Assembly: GCA_046563655.1 (NCBI GenBank)
Contig: CM102283.1
Span: 4,030,001 to 4,094,000, forward strand
DNA: 64,000 bases
Direction: 5' to 3'
Source: Yuukianura sp. NJ FZ-2021
Lineage: Eukaryota
Position numbers and translations under genes: made by a program. The notes under the pieces were generated by a model. That model worked only from the letters and a program-made list of their open reading frames with translations. It made no database searches and was not told the origin of the DNA. This document shows positions 1 through 10,755 of this stretch, piece by piece. How positions within the stretch are numbered: position 1 is the first letter of the stretch; each line of letters opens with the position of its first letter.

Positions 1-2313
1 CTTTTGATTGCATCTGAGCATTTTGGACTGCGGCACCACTTTGAGCAGTCATTGCAGATTGTCCATGCATTGCACCAGAACTCACAGTTTGTCCCATTGA
101 AGCTCCCGCCATGGAATTCATTGCTTTTGATTGCATTTGAGCATTTTGGACTGCGGCACCACTTTGAGCAGCCATATTCTGAGCAGTCATTGCAGATTGT
201 CCATGCATTGCTCCAGAACTCACAGTTTGTCCCATTGAAGCTCCCGCCATGGAATTCATCCCTCTTGATTGCATTTGAGCATTTTGGACAGCTGCACCAC
301 TTTGAGCAGCCATATTCTGAGCAGTCATTGCAGATTGTCCATGCATTGCTCCAGAACTCACAGTTTTTCCCATTGAAGCTCCCGCCATGGAATTCATTGC
401 TCTTGATTGCATTTGAGCATTTTGGACAGATGCACCACTTTGAGCAGCCATATTCTGAGCAGTCATTGCAGATTGTCCATGCATTGCACCAGAACTCACA
501 GTTTTTCCCATTGAAGCTCCTGCCATGGAATTCATCGCTCTTGATTGCATTTGAGCATTTTGGATAGCTGCACCACTTTGAGCAGCCATATTCTGAGCAG
601 TCATTGCAGATTGTCCATGCATTGCTCCAGAACTCACAGTTTGTCCCATTGAAGCTCCAGCCATGGAATTCATTGCTCTTGATTGCATTTTAGCATTTTG
701 GACAGATGCACCACTTTGAGCAGCCATATTCTGAGCAGTCATTGCAGATTGTCCATGCATTGCTCCAGAACTCACAGTTTGTCCCATTGCAGCTCCTGCC
801 ATGGAATTCATCCCTCTTGATTGCATTTGAGCATTTTGGACAGCTGCACCACTTTGAGCAGCCATATTCTGAGCAGTCATTGCAGATTGTCCATGCATTG
901 CTCCAGAAGTCACAGTTTGTCCCATTGCAGCTCCTGCCATGGAATTCATCCCTCTTGATTGCATTTGAGCATTTTGGACTGCGGCACCACTTTGAGAAGC
1001 CATATTCTGAGCAGTCATTGCAGATTGTCCATGCATTGCTCCAGAACTCACAGTTTGTCCCATTGAAGCTCCTGCCATGGAATTCATCCCTCTTGATTGC
1101 ATTTGAGCATTTTGGACAGATGCACCACCTTGAGCAGTCATTGCAGATTGTCCATGCATTGCACCAGAACTCACAGTTTGTCCCATGGAAGCTCCCGCCA
1201 TGGAATTCATTGCTTTTGATTGCATCTGAGCATTTTGGACTGCGGCACCACTTTGAGCAGTCATTGCAGATTGTCCATGCATTGCTCCAGAACTCACAGT
1301 TTGTCCCATCGAAGCTCCCGCCATGGAATTCATCCCTCTTGATTGCATTTGAGCATTTTGGACAGCTGCACCACTTTGAGAAGCCATATTATGAGCAGTA
1401 ATTCCGGATTGTCCATGCATTGCTCCAGAACTCACAGTTTGTCCCATTGCAGCTCCTGCCATGGAATTCATCCCTCTTGATTGCATTTGAGCATTTTGGA
1501 CAGCTGCACCACTTTGAGAAGCCATATTATGAGCAGTAATTCCGGATTGTCCATGCATTGCTCCAGAACTCACAGTTTGTCCCATGGAAGCTCCCGCCAT
1601 GGAATTCATTGCCTTTGATTGCATTTGAGCATTTTGGACTGCGGCACCACTTTGAGCAGTCATTGCAGATTGTCCATGCATTGCACCAGAACTCACAGTT
1701 TTTCCCATTGAAGCTCCCGCCATGGAATTCATTGCCTTTGATTGCATTTGAGCATTTTGGACTGCGGCACTACTTTGAGCAGTCATTGCAGATTGTCCAT
1801 GCATTGCTCCAGAACTCACAGTTTTTCCCATTGAAGCTCCCGCAATGGAATTCATTGCTTTTGATTGCATTTGAGCATTTTGTACTGCGGCACCACTTTG
1901 AGCAGCCATATTCTGAGCAGTCATTGCAGATTGTCCATGCATTGCTCCAGAACTCACAGTTTGTCCCATTGAAGCTCCAGCCATGGAATTCATTGCTCCT
2001 GATTGCATTTGAGCAGTTTGGACAACTGCACCACTTTGAGCAGCCATATTCTGAGCAGTCATTGCAGATTGTCCATGCATTGCACCAGAACTCACAGTTT
2101 GTCCCATTGAAGTTCCCGCCATGGAATTCATCGCTCTTGATTGCATTTGAGCAGTTTGGACAGCTGCACCACTTTGAGCAGCCATATTCTGAGCAGTCAT
2201 TGCAGATTGTCCATTCATTGCACTAGAACTCACAGTTGTCCCCATCGAAGCTCCCGCCATGGAATTCATCGCTCTTGATTGCATTTGAGCATTTTTGACT
2301 GCTGCACCATTAC
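1..2313 (-). repeat. Coding tandem repeat, 138-bp (46 aa) and 123-bp (41 aa) units, about 17 copies plus a partial
   Basis: Recurring CCATGGAATTCAT landmark. Unit translates as SGAAVQNAQMQSRGMNSMAGASMGQTVSSGAMHGQSAMTAQ(NMAAQ); the length variant is an in-frame 15-bp indel. Confidence 0.95.
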
Positions 2314-3690
2314 GAGCAGCCATTGAATTTTGAGCAGCCATTGAATTTTGAGTAGCCATTGAATTTTGAGTAGCCATTGAATTTTGAGCAGCCATTGAAT
2401 TTTGAGCAGCCATTGATTTTTGAGCAGCCATTGAATTTTGAGTAGCCATTGAATTTTGAGTAGCCATTAAATTTTGAGTAACCATTGAATTTTGAGCACC
2501 CATTGAATTCTGAGCAGCCATGGAATGCATCTGAGCGTTTTGGACTGCTGCACCCCTCTGAGCAGCTTGGGTTACTGAATTGTGAGTTGTTTGTACCTGT
2601 GCTAGTTGTGCTGTCTGAGAAGCATGTGATGCCGTGGAGGAAGTTGCCTGTGCTTGTGCAGCCATGGCGTTTGCCGCACTGGATCCTGCAGCGACGGCAG
2701 CTGAGTTCGTCATGGCTTGTGTCTGCACATTCTGTGTTTGCGCTGTTGTGGCCCCCTGAGAACTTGCGACTGAGTTGCCACTGACTGTGTGTGAAGATGT
2801 GGCTGCAGTTTGGGCAGCAGAGGTTGATTGTGTGGATTTGGATCCGGATACGACAGTCTTCGTCACTGTTTGCACGGTCCGAGTTTGCTGCTGCTGATTG
2901 GACATTCCCTGCTTCTGAGCCATCACACTTTCTTGGCGAACTTCACCTATAGTTGATTTAAATTAAAGTACTTTTATTTCATAATAAGAATAATTGAGGA
3001 AGTTACCTCCTGCACTGTTTGTTGTCAGTTGCTGAGTGTTTGCAGTGGCAACTCCTGTTGAGCTGCTCATTCCAGATGGAGAAGTTGCTACTGGAGCAGA
3101 CGGGGCGACGTACGGATTTGGATTGCTGCAAAAAAGTCAGTTCAGAAGTTTAACGTTGTCCGTTAAAGTTTTGAGAAAGAATGGAAATGTAAATTGACCT
3201 TGGAGAGTTTGAGCATTCTGAGCAATCTGGAGGGGGCATGCATGCACTGATGTCGCCGAGTGAGCGTAGATTCTTGGGACACAAGTGGACTGTGTGGTAG
3301 AACCCACCGTGTTTCTTGTTTTCTGTGCACTTCAAGTAGTAGTTTTGCCTCCCCTGGATAAGGACGATTCCAGCATCTTGACATGGAGCCACCACAATCG
3401 TCATTGCCCCGTCTAGGGCTTCTGCGGCTGCTGCTTTCCCCTTCACTGCTCTTGATTGACGTCTTGCTTTTCTACAAACCAAAAAAAAACGCAATTTAAG
3501 TTTTAGTTTTAACAATGTTGGAGCGCTAGTGTCAAGGGCATACGCTTCCTCGAACGCTGAATATCCAACTTCTGCTGTGACCTGAAAGAAACAAAAAGTA
3601 TAAGATGGCGGATAGCTTTTGTAGGTTCAATATTACACACAGTACCAAATTGAAGAAGATGGCCACAAGTAAAAATGGCGCCAACCTCAT
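1..3690 (-). CDS. Secreted protein: signal peptide, degenerate CBM14/peritrophin-A-like domain, S/T/A/Q linker and long Met-rich tandem-repeat tail (3'-partial, >1140 aa)
   Basis: Exons 3690-3637 (or alternative donor after 3646), 3581-3544, 3471-3199, 3125-3007 and 2946-<1, with phase-consistent GT-AG introns. N-terminus MRLAPFLLVAIFFNLVLCVTAE. Cys domain CQDAGIVLIQGRQNYYLKCTENKKHGGFYHTVHLCPKNLRSLGDISACMPPPDC. The last exon keeps one frame to the window edge, with no stop at the repeat variants I checked. Confidence 0.85.
2314..2520 (-). repeat. Coding 18-bp minisatellite, about 11 copies, (QNSMAA/QNSMAT)n
   Basis: GAG(C/T)AGCCATTGAATTTT repeated at 18-bp spacing on the plus strand, in frame with the secreted protein. 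Confidence 0.95.
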
Positions 3691-4005
3691 TTTGAAAATA
3701 GGGTGCACCGTTGAATTTTAAAAAAGATTTTTGAAAAGTCTATGGATGTTACGTAAATTCAAAAAAACTGGCTTGAATTCGTTTATTACTGATTATGTTT
3801 AACACTGGAACCAATTTAGCATTGTTCTAAACAAATTGTACTTTTAACTAATGAAATCCTTCCGACGGCGGTAGGCTTTATGACTATGTGCAACTAAAAA
3901 CTAAAGACAGAAGGTAAATACGTCACTCTATCTTAAGTTTAGTCTCCGCTGCGTCACTTCCAAACAACCTTCAATCACTTGAGTTTTAACAATCCATTGT
4001 TTCCC

Positions 4006-4735
4006 TCAATCCACTTTTATTGGAGGCTTGTTCAAGGTGGCTGCGTGGAGTGGAGTGGATATTCGTTCTTCTTGCGACATTTCAGCCAAGTCTAAATTAC
4101 GAAGAAGAAAAAACAACTCTGCCCCAGCAACCACCAATCCAAAAATGATCCCCAGCAGAAGTCGAATGGCCAACTCAAATGACACTGAAAAAAACACTTC
4201 CACCCCCATGAACCCAAACATGAAGGCAGCCCCCACAGTCACCACAAACTGAAAGACAGCGATCAGCCCCGAGTTCATTTGTTTCACTGAAACAATCAAC
4301 ACACAATGTCATAACGCTCAATCAATTGGCAAATAGTTAATAGATTCACTTACTTTGATGTCCCACTGTGTCCGACGGGATGAAACGTTTGGACAAGTCC
4401 ACATTCTTCGTCATTCGGTTGTACTCTCTTTGGTCCAGGGAATTCCTCAACTCTCTTATTCTTTTCTCCAGCACGGGATTCCGCGGTGGAATGGTCAAGT
4501 GTGGCAAAACTACTTCTGATCCTTCCAGTAGTTCGTTCAAGTAGATTCCCTCTTCTTTCTTCACAGCAGCATACAACTCCTTCACCTCTCCAAGTGACAA
4601 GTACTTTGAGGCATCCCGGGCTTTGGATTGCAAGAATTGTTTAAGTCGTATCCCTGGCTTAATTTTGACATTTGGGTCTTCGATTACTGCGAGATGAAAG
4701 CGATCTTGGTCTTCGGATGGACGATTAGCAGTCAT
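4006..4735 (-). CDS. TMEM199: TMEM199 / Vma12 V-ATPase assembly factor
   Basis: Exons 4735-4354 and 4286-4006 (phase-1 GTAAGT...CAG intron). Family motif PPRNPVLEKRIRELR...EYNRMTKNVD followed by two hydrophobic helices ending in AELFFL. Confidence 0.9.
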
Positions 4736-4757
4736 TTCTCGGTGGATTTTGATTAAA

Positions 4758-5370
4758 TTAGGGTGCTGCCTTGAGGAATGGTTCCTCTGCCTTCTGATAC
4801 AACTTCCGAACTTCCTGTTGCTTGTCTTTGTACAAATTGTCAATTCGGATGCACTTTGTGGTCATGTCATGCACAAAGGAATCCCACTCAGCAGCTCGTG
4901 CTGTTCGACTCTTGCCCAACTCCTCTGCGTACTTGGAGTCTGATGTTTGTAGTTTGTCCACTAACTTACTGGAGATTGACTCTGCCACTTGCACTTCCGC
5001 CAAGAACTTTGGGAGATGGATGTCAGCTAGTGATGCTGTCCGAGGTATCTCCGTTTCCCGCAACTCCGTCACTTTTTCCAATATGTGAAACAGATGATCC
5101 ACTTCTGCGTCCTTCCGACGTTCCTACAACAGGTTCATTCCTTTTTACGATTAACACTTGAGAATGAGATGTTAACTAAAAGGTGTTAAACGTTTACTGA
5201 CTAACCTCAAATTCTTTGACGAATGTTTGAATCTCCTTCCTCAAAAGCGGTTTGTGGTCGAACAATGATGAATGAAGTTCAGATATGTCTGGAAGGACAA
5301 ATAGAACATTTTATGAATTGACTTGGGTATCCCTCTTCATTTACTAACCTTTGACAATGGTTTCAGCCAT
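4758..5370 (-). CDS. BLOC1S5: BLOC-1 subunit 5 (Muted)
   Basis: Exons 5370-5349, 5288-5206 and 5123-4758. MAETIVKDISELHSSLFDHKPLLRKEIQTFVKEFEERRK matches the Muted N-terminal motif (xKDxxExxSRLFDHRPxxxxEIxxFVKEFE); C-terminal coiled coil with EWDSFV. Confidence 0.9.
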
Positions 5371-6384
5371 TCCTAATGAACCTAGCAGTTCGTCATTGCT
5401 TCTTCTTCGTAGCAAATGTGAATTATTGAATCACTTGACAATTAATTGTCGGACACACCCAAATTACTGAAACAACTGAAACAATGTGTAACAACTGCTT
5501 GCTTACTAAAATACAAAATTTTTAACAAATTCTGTTTTAAAAGGTTGCTTTCTATTTTTGAAAATTTTACCGCCGTTTTGTCTCAAATGCAAAAGGAATC
5601 AATGCCTAAATAGCGAGATAACTATGTGGCGGTTTTGGTGGTTTCCGAGGATTAGCCTCCGAAGTGACTTGGAACTTGAGACGAATTTGTAGAAAGAAGT
5701 TGTGTTGTGGTTTAGGTAGGGATGAACTACGTCTAATGTTCCGCGTGATACATTAGTTCAGCGTTGCAATGGGTGACTACAAGCATGGTCGTCCTTCCTT
5801 ACGCCTCTCGCAGTTTTGGAACGAGCGTTTCTTTGTTAGCTTTTCGGTCCGCACCTTGAAGAAAGAAGGTATAAATAGGACCCAGAGGAGTAACTTCTGA
5901 CTTCTTTTACTCTCATATAAAGGGAAAGAGGAAGGAAAAGTGGAATGGAGAGTTGCTAAAAGAAGGGAGGTGCTGGTGCATAGGAAACAAAACCATCACA
6001 GTGGAGTTTGTTTTGTGTCAACTGCTGTCAGTCTTTTGGAACAGTTTGAGGTCAGAGGTCACACGTCCACACTTCATTCATGAGGATCTGAACAAGGAAT
6101 CTTATCCTACCACTCACTCCTTTAGTTCCGTCTGGATCCATCGTTTAATCAAGGAAGTGCTAGTGCTAGAGTTCATCAACTTCTTTTAGTTCTTTTTAAC
6201 TAATCAAGTAACGACTCAATGGAACGGTAAGTACTTTTCATATCATTGGCAATCTACAACAGTGGAGACATCCAGTAAGATGTAGTTGGAGCCAAATCTT
6301 AGGCCTAATACTTATTTCCAATGTATCTATAGAGTGTAAGTGAAGTGATCGAGTAATCAGTGGACATTGGCATCCCTCTTGAAG
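5371..6384. promoter_or_regulatory. Divergent promoter and 5'UTR region shared by BLOC1S5 (-) and ASAP (+)
   Basis: Head-to-head ATGs about 1 kb apart. Strong donor G|GTAAGT at 6226/6227 suggests a 5'UTR intron of ASAP. Transcription start sites not identified. Confidence 0.5.
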
Positions 6385-9300
6385 ATGGCCAACATGAAGC
6401 ATACGAAGATGCCCGAGATGATCAGTGTGAGTGACTTTCTGCAGGAGACGAGAGACGACTTCCATTCTCCCACCACTTCCAGTTTCGTTGGAAAGATCCC
6501 TCACTGCAGAAATCTGGCTACACACATTGAAGAGGTACTTTTATCAATCCTCATCTTGTCATCTTCATCCATTTCCAAAGAGATTCAAAGAAACAATTGA
6601 CTGACCATAACAATTTCCTATTGTAGACGTTGGAGATGGACCGCGAAGGATTGTCCAAAATGAAGAAAGCACTCAAAGCCATTCATCAGAGTGGGATTAG
6701 CTACGGAGATGGAGAAATCTCTTTATCCAGATCACTGGAGAAACTGGGAAGTAGTGCTATTAGCCAAGAGCCGGACTTGGGTGCTGCCTTTCTCAAGTTT
6801 GCAGTCTTCACAAAAGAACAATCCAACCTTCTCAAGACACTGGTCAGTTCTTGATCTTTGATTCATAGTTGGATAACTTCAGAAATGAGTAAGATAGACA
6901 ATGATAAATGTTGACGTTTGTTTATTAGATGCAAAACCTCCAGAATCTCATTCTGTTTCCACTGGACTCCTTTTTGAAAGGAGATATTCGGAATGTGAAG
7001 GGAGAGTTGAAGCGACCATTCGACAAGTCACTCAAAGACTACGAAGCAAGACACTCCAAGTTAGAAAAGGTAAACAGTTACTTCACTTTCTTATCCTTCC
7101 AGTGTCAGTTCCACCTTCACTTTTTGTTATATTTTAGGAGAAGAAAGCTCAGGCGAGAGATGCCGGAATGTTTCGTCGCGAAGTAACTCCGGCTGAAATT
7201 GCGGATGAGACGGAGAGGGAACGTCGACTGCTGCAACTGCATCTGTGCGACTACATGCTAAAAGTGAATGAAATCAAGACAAAGAAGGGAGTGGAGCTGG
7301 TGAAACATCTAGTGGAGTACTACCATGCCCTCAACACGTAAGTTTTAAATAAATACATCTTTTACAATTGTCGTTTATTTTAAATGAGTGTGTTGTTTAG
7401 TTTTTTCCACGATGGACTGAAGACAGTGGAACACTTTGGGTCTTACGTGACGATCCTGTCCAACAACTTGGTCAAGATTCGTCAGAAGCAGGACGAGGAG
7501 CAGAAGAGGTTGATTGAGTTGAGGAGTCTGCTCAGAAGTGCGTCCGTGCTGGAGAAGGAGGTACAGAACCTTACCACCAATGTCCCAGTCTCCGGCTCAC
7601 TTTTGAATGTACAAGTTTGCATTTTTTTTGTTATTCTCATTTATCTCAATTTTTCACCTTTCTCTTGCTTTTCTTAACTTTCTTTTTAACACCCCTGCCT
7701 TACAAACCCTCAGATTTCTCAGTTTGAAGTTGTATAGCTTATGACTTCAAATCGATGAGTGATTGGCTGGCAGAAGGGAACTAGGAAAGTGGTTTGAGTT
7801 TTGGTGTTGATGACATTCCTAGTAGCTGTAAACAATTCATTTTTATGTCTTTGTAAACAAAGCACCTTGCCTCTGCCTTCCTACGAACTTTGTTACCATA
7901 AATTCAAACCCAAGTTGTTGGAAGCAATGCAATGTCCAACTTAACTAGTTGGCTAACCCACTTGTAGTTTGGTTCGTTAAGAATTTAGTGCATTTCTTGT
8001 ACTTGTTTGTAAAATAGCTTCAAAACGTTCCCGTCAGCATGGCTTCCTACGTTACGAATGTCCGTCGCTCAATTTCTTTTCTGAGAACTTTTGGTTTTCC
8101 TGCTCTTTTCATGAACCGCACACCTTCTGCCAAAGCTGTAACACTGTCACTCTCAACTACAAAGCTAATGAGGTATTAATGACTTTGTTTTGTTTAGTTG
8201 TCCAACACAACGTTTAGTTCTGGTCCTGGCTACTCGTTGCATCAGATGCAGGGAAACAAGAGCTTAGGAGTCACAAAGATGGGCTACTTGAACAAAAAGT
8301 CAGAAGGGAAGATGAGACGAGTGTGGCAGAAGCGGAAGTGCGCTGTGCAGGACGGGTAATAATCACTTTTCACTTCCACCCAATCTTTATGGTTATGTTT
8401 AATTTTGATTTTTGAATTAGTGTTCTGGAGATCTTTCATGGTGACGAAACGAAGCAACCGACTCGTGTCAATTTACTTACGTGTCAAATCAAGGTTATTC
8501 CCGAGGACAAGAGGTATTTCGACTTGGTGTCCTACAACCGAACTTACCACTTCCAGAGTGACGATGATGCAGAGGAATGGATCTCCATTCTACTCAACAG
8601 CAAGGTAAGCAACTATCCAAATTCAATAAATTGACAATAGTTCGAAACTTGCGTTTTGCTTTTCAGGAAGCTGAACTGAAAAAGACGTTTGATCAGAAGA
8701 TAGACAATGATGGACTAGTGGAGTTGACGCAGGCTATTCTAGGTCACATTCACCGTCTTCCAGGGAATGACCGATGCGCAGACTGCAATTCTGACAAAGG
8801 CAAGTAGTCGAAACTTAACATTTTAGTAAAATCCTATATTAATTTTTGTTCATGTGCATTCAGAGGTGACTTGGCTGTCTGTGAACCTGGGAGTGATCGT
8901 GTGCATCGAGTGTTCTGGTGTTCATCGAAAGATTGGCGTGGGAGTGTCCAGAATTCAGTCAATTTCACTGGATCGTCTTCCACCGTCACTACTCATTCTG
9001 TCGGCCTCACTCGGAAATACGGCCATGAACGATATTTTGGAAGAGAATCTTAGACCTGGTCACAAACCGCGTCCTAATGCCACGATGTAAGAACTCAACA
9101 CTTGAACAACCAACAATTTCTGGATTTATTTTTATTGTTATTTTTTGTAGGGACGAAAGATCGGAGTTTATACGATGGAAGTATGTGGACAAGAAGTACG
9201 TCGCTGGACCAGCGGATCCCGAGTCATTGTTCCGCAGAGTGGAGTTGGCCATCGATTCTGATGATTTGCAACTTCTAGTCAGAACTTGGGCTCAAGGGGC

Positions 9301-10755
9301 GGCTCTAGGCCAACCACTCCCAAAAAATGTTAGTCTTCAATACCAAAAACACAATCTTATTTTTACTTTTGTTATTTGATTTAATACTGTTTTGGTTTTT
9401 AGGAATTGGGAGAGACTCCACTGCACATGGCCATCAAGAGAGGTGACTTGAGAATAGTTGACTTTTTGGTTCAGAATTCTGGGGCGACAGACAAGAGGAC
9501 AAAGAATGGAAGCACTCCACTCCACTACTGCGCTCTCTACGGAAGAACTGAACCAGCCAAACTACTGCTCAGAGCAGGAGTGGACTTACAAGTGGTAGAC
9601 ATTGACAAGCAAACTGCACTGGATGTGTCAAGGCAGAGGAGAAACACGGTCGTCGAAGACTTGGTAAGTGTTAGCTGAAGTTAATTAAAATAATTAAGTT
9701 AAATAACTAATTAATCAATATTGATTAATGTTTTCAGTTGTTGCATGCCATGGAGGGGAAAAAGACTCTCTTTGAAACTGTTGACTTTGACTGGAATCTT
9801 GGGGCAGAGGACTCGACAGATTTCTCGGATGACGATACGACTGTGCAGGATGATGCCAACACGACGCCAGAAAAAAAGAGACGTCCTTGTTCTTTTATGC
9901 TGGAGAGCCCCTACAGATCTTCCAGTGAGTCCTACTTATGCTAATTCTGGTTTCTTTGGAAGTTGAGACTATTTTTGTGAATAGATGACCTCAGAAGTGG
10001 ATTCTCCACGCCAGGAAGCACCCTCAACTCCTCCACTGCCAGCATGATTTCCAGTAAGCATCTCAGAAGCAAACGAACAGCTCCCCCTCCACCCTCTCCT
10101 TCCAATCACACTCGCAGTCCATCCGATTCCCTCATCGGAAAGTTTGCTTTAGGACGACTAGGTAAAACAGTCTTACACTTTCATATTTTGTGCTTTCAAG
10201 TATTAATTGTTGTGTTTTTGTGTTTCAGTCATTCCGCCCGGAGAAATCCCAGTGCTAAAGAGAACGAGTGTGCCCTCCACTCCGCCTGCCTACAACACTC
10301 AGCATGTGACCACGTCCACACACGCACATCTCACCAACAGCACATCCACTCCGATCAGTGGGCCCTTCAGCATCGTGACGAGTGTGATCAACAGTTCAGT
10401 CGCAACTCCCATCTCCCTCCCCAGTCCAAACACAACCAACACTACCAACCCCAACTCAGCAGTAGCCAATGGGACGAAACTATTCCCACTCGATGGAGAA
10501 TACAAGGTAACACACACTTTAGAATACTGTTGGGAATTCAACTGAAGGTGTTGATTTTGGTAGAAATGTCGGGCTCTCTATGACTGTGATGCGGATAACT
10601 CTGATGAGATTTCCTTTCGCCAAGGAGATATTATTTGGATTCTGAACGAGCGGACGGACGACGACAACTGGATGGAGGGCCTTGTGATCAGTGAGAGTGG
10701 AGAGACACGGAGGGGCATGTTCCCCATCTCCTTTGTGGATCTCAGTTACCATTGA
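6385..10755 (+). CDS. ASAP: ArfGAP with BAR, PH, ArfGAP, ankyrin and SH3 domains (ASAP family)
   Basis: 15 exons: 6385-6534, 6627-6842, 6929-7069, 7138-7337, 7401-7560, 8198-8355, 8421-8604, 8667-8799, 8864-9086, 9151-9328, 9403-9663, 9738-9924, 9985-10161, 10229-10506, 10564-10755. N-terminal MPEMISVSDFLQETRDDFHSPTTSSF; PH (VWQKRKC); zinc finger CX2CX17CX2CX4R; ankyrin (GETPLHMA, GSTPLHYC); SH3 (RALYDC...WMEG...GMFP). The start could be 6385, 6394 or 6409. Confidence 0.93.
8800..8863 (+). other. Non-canonical GC-AG intron in ASAP
   Basis: AAG|GCAAGT donor and TTCAG| acceptor give in-frame DK-E-VTWLS. Nearby GT dinucleotides do not keep the frame, and reading through hits TAG. Confidence 0.8.

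Noticed and set aside
1-2310. Cys/Trp-rich minus-strand frame (KWCSCPKCSNAIKRDEFHGG...)
   Set aside because: Stops at variant units (about 690, 1390, 1530) and not in frame with the spliced upstream exons.
4-2784. Plus-strand ORFs with HHFEQ/PPWNS repeats
   Set aside because: Antisense shadow of the minus-strand gene; broken by stops at repeat variants, with non-ATG or internal starts.
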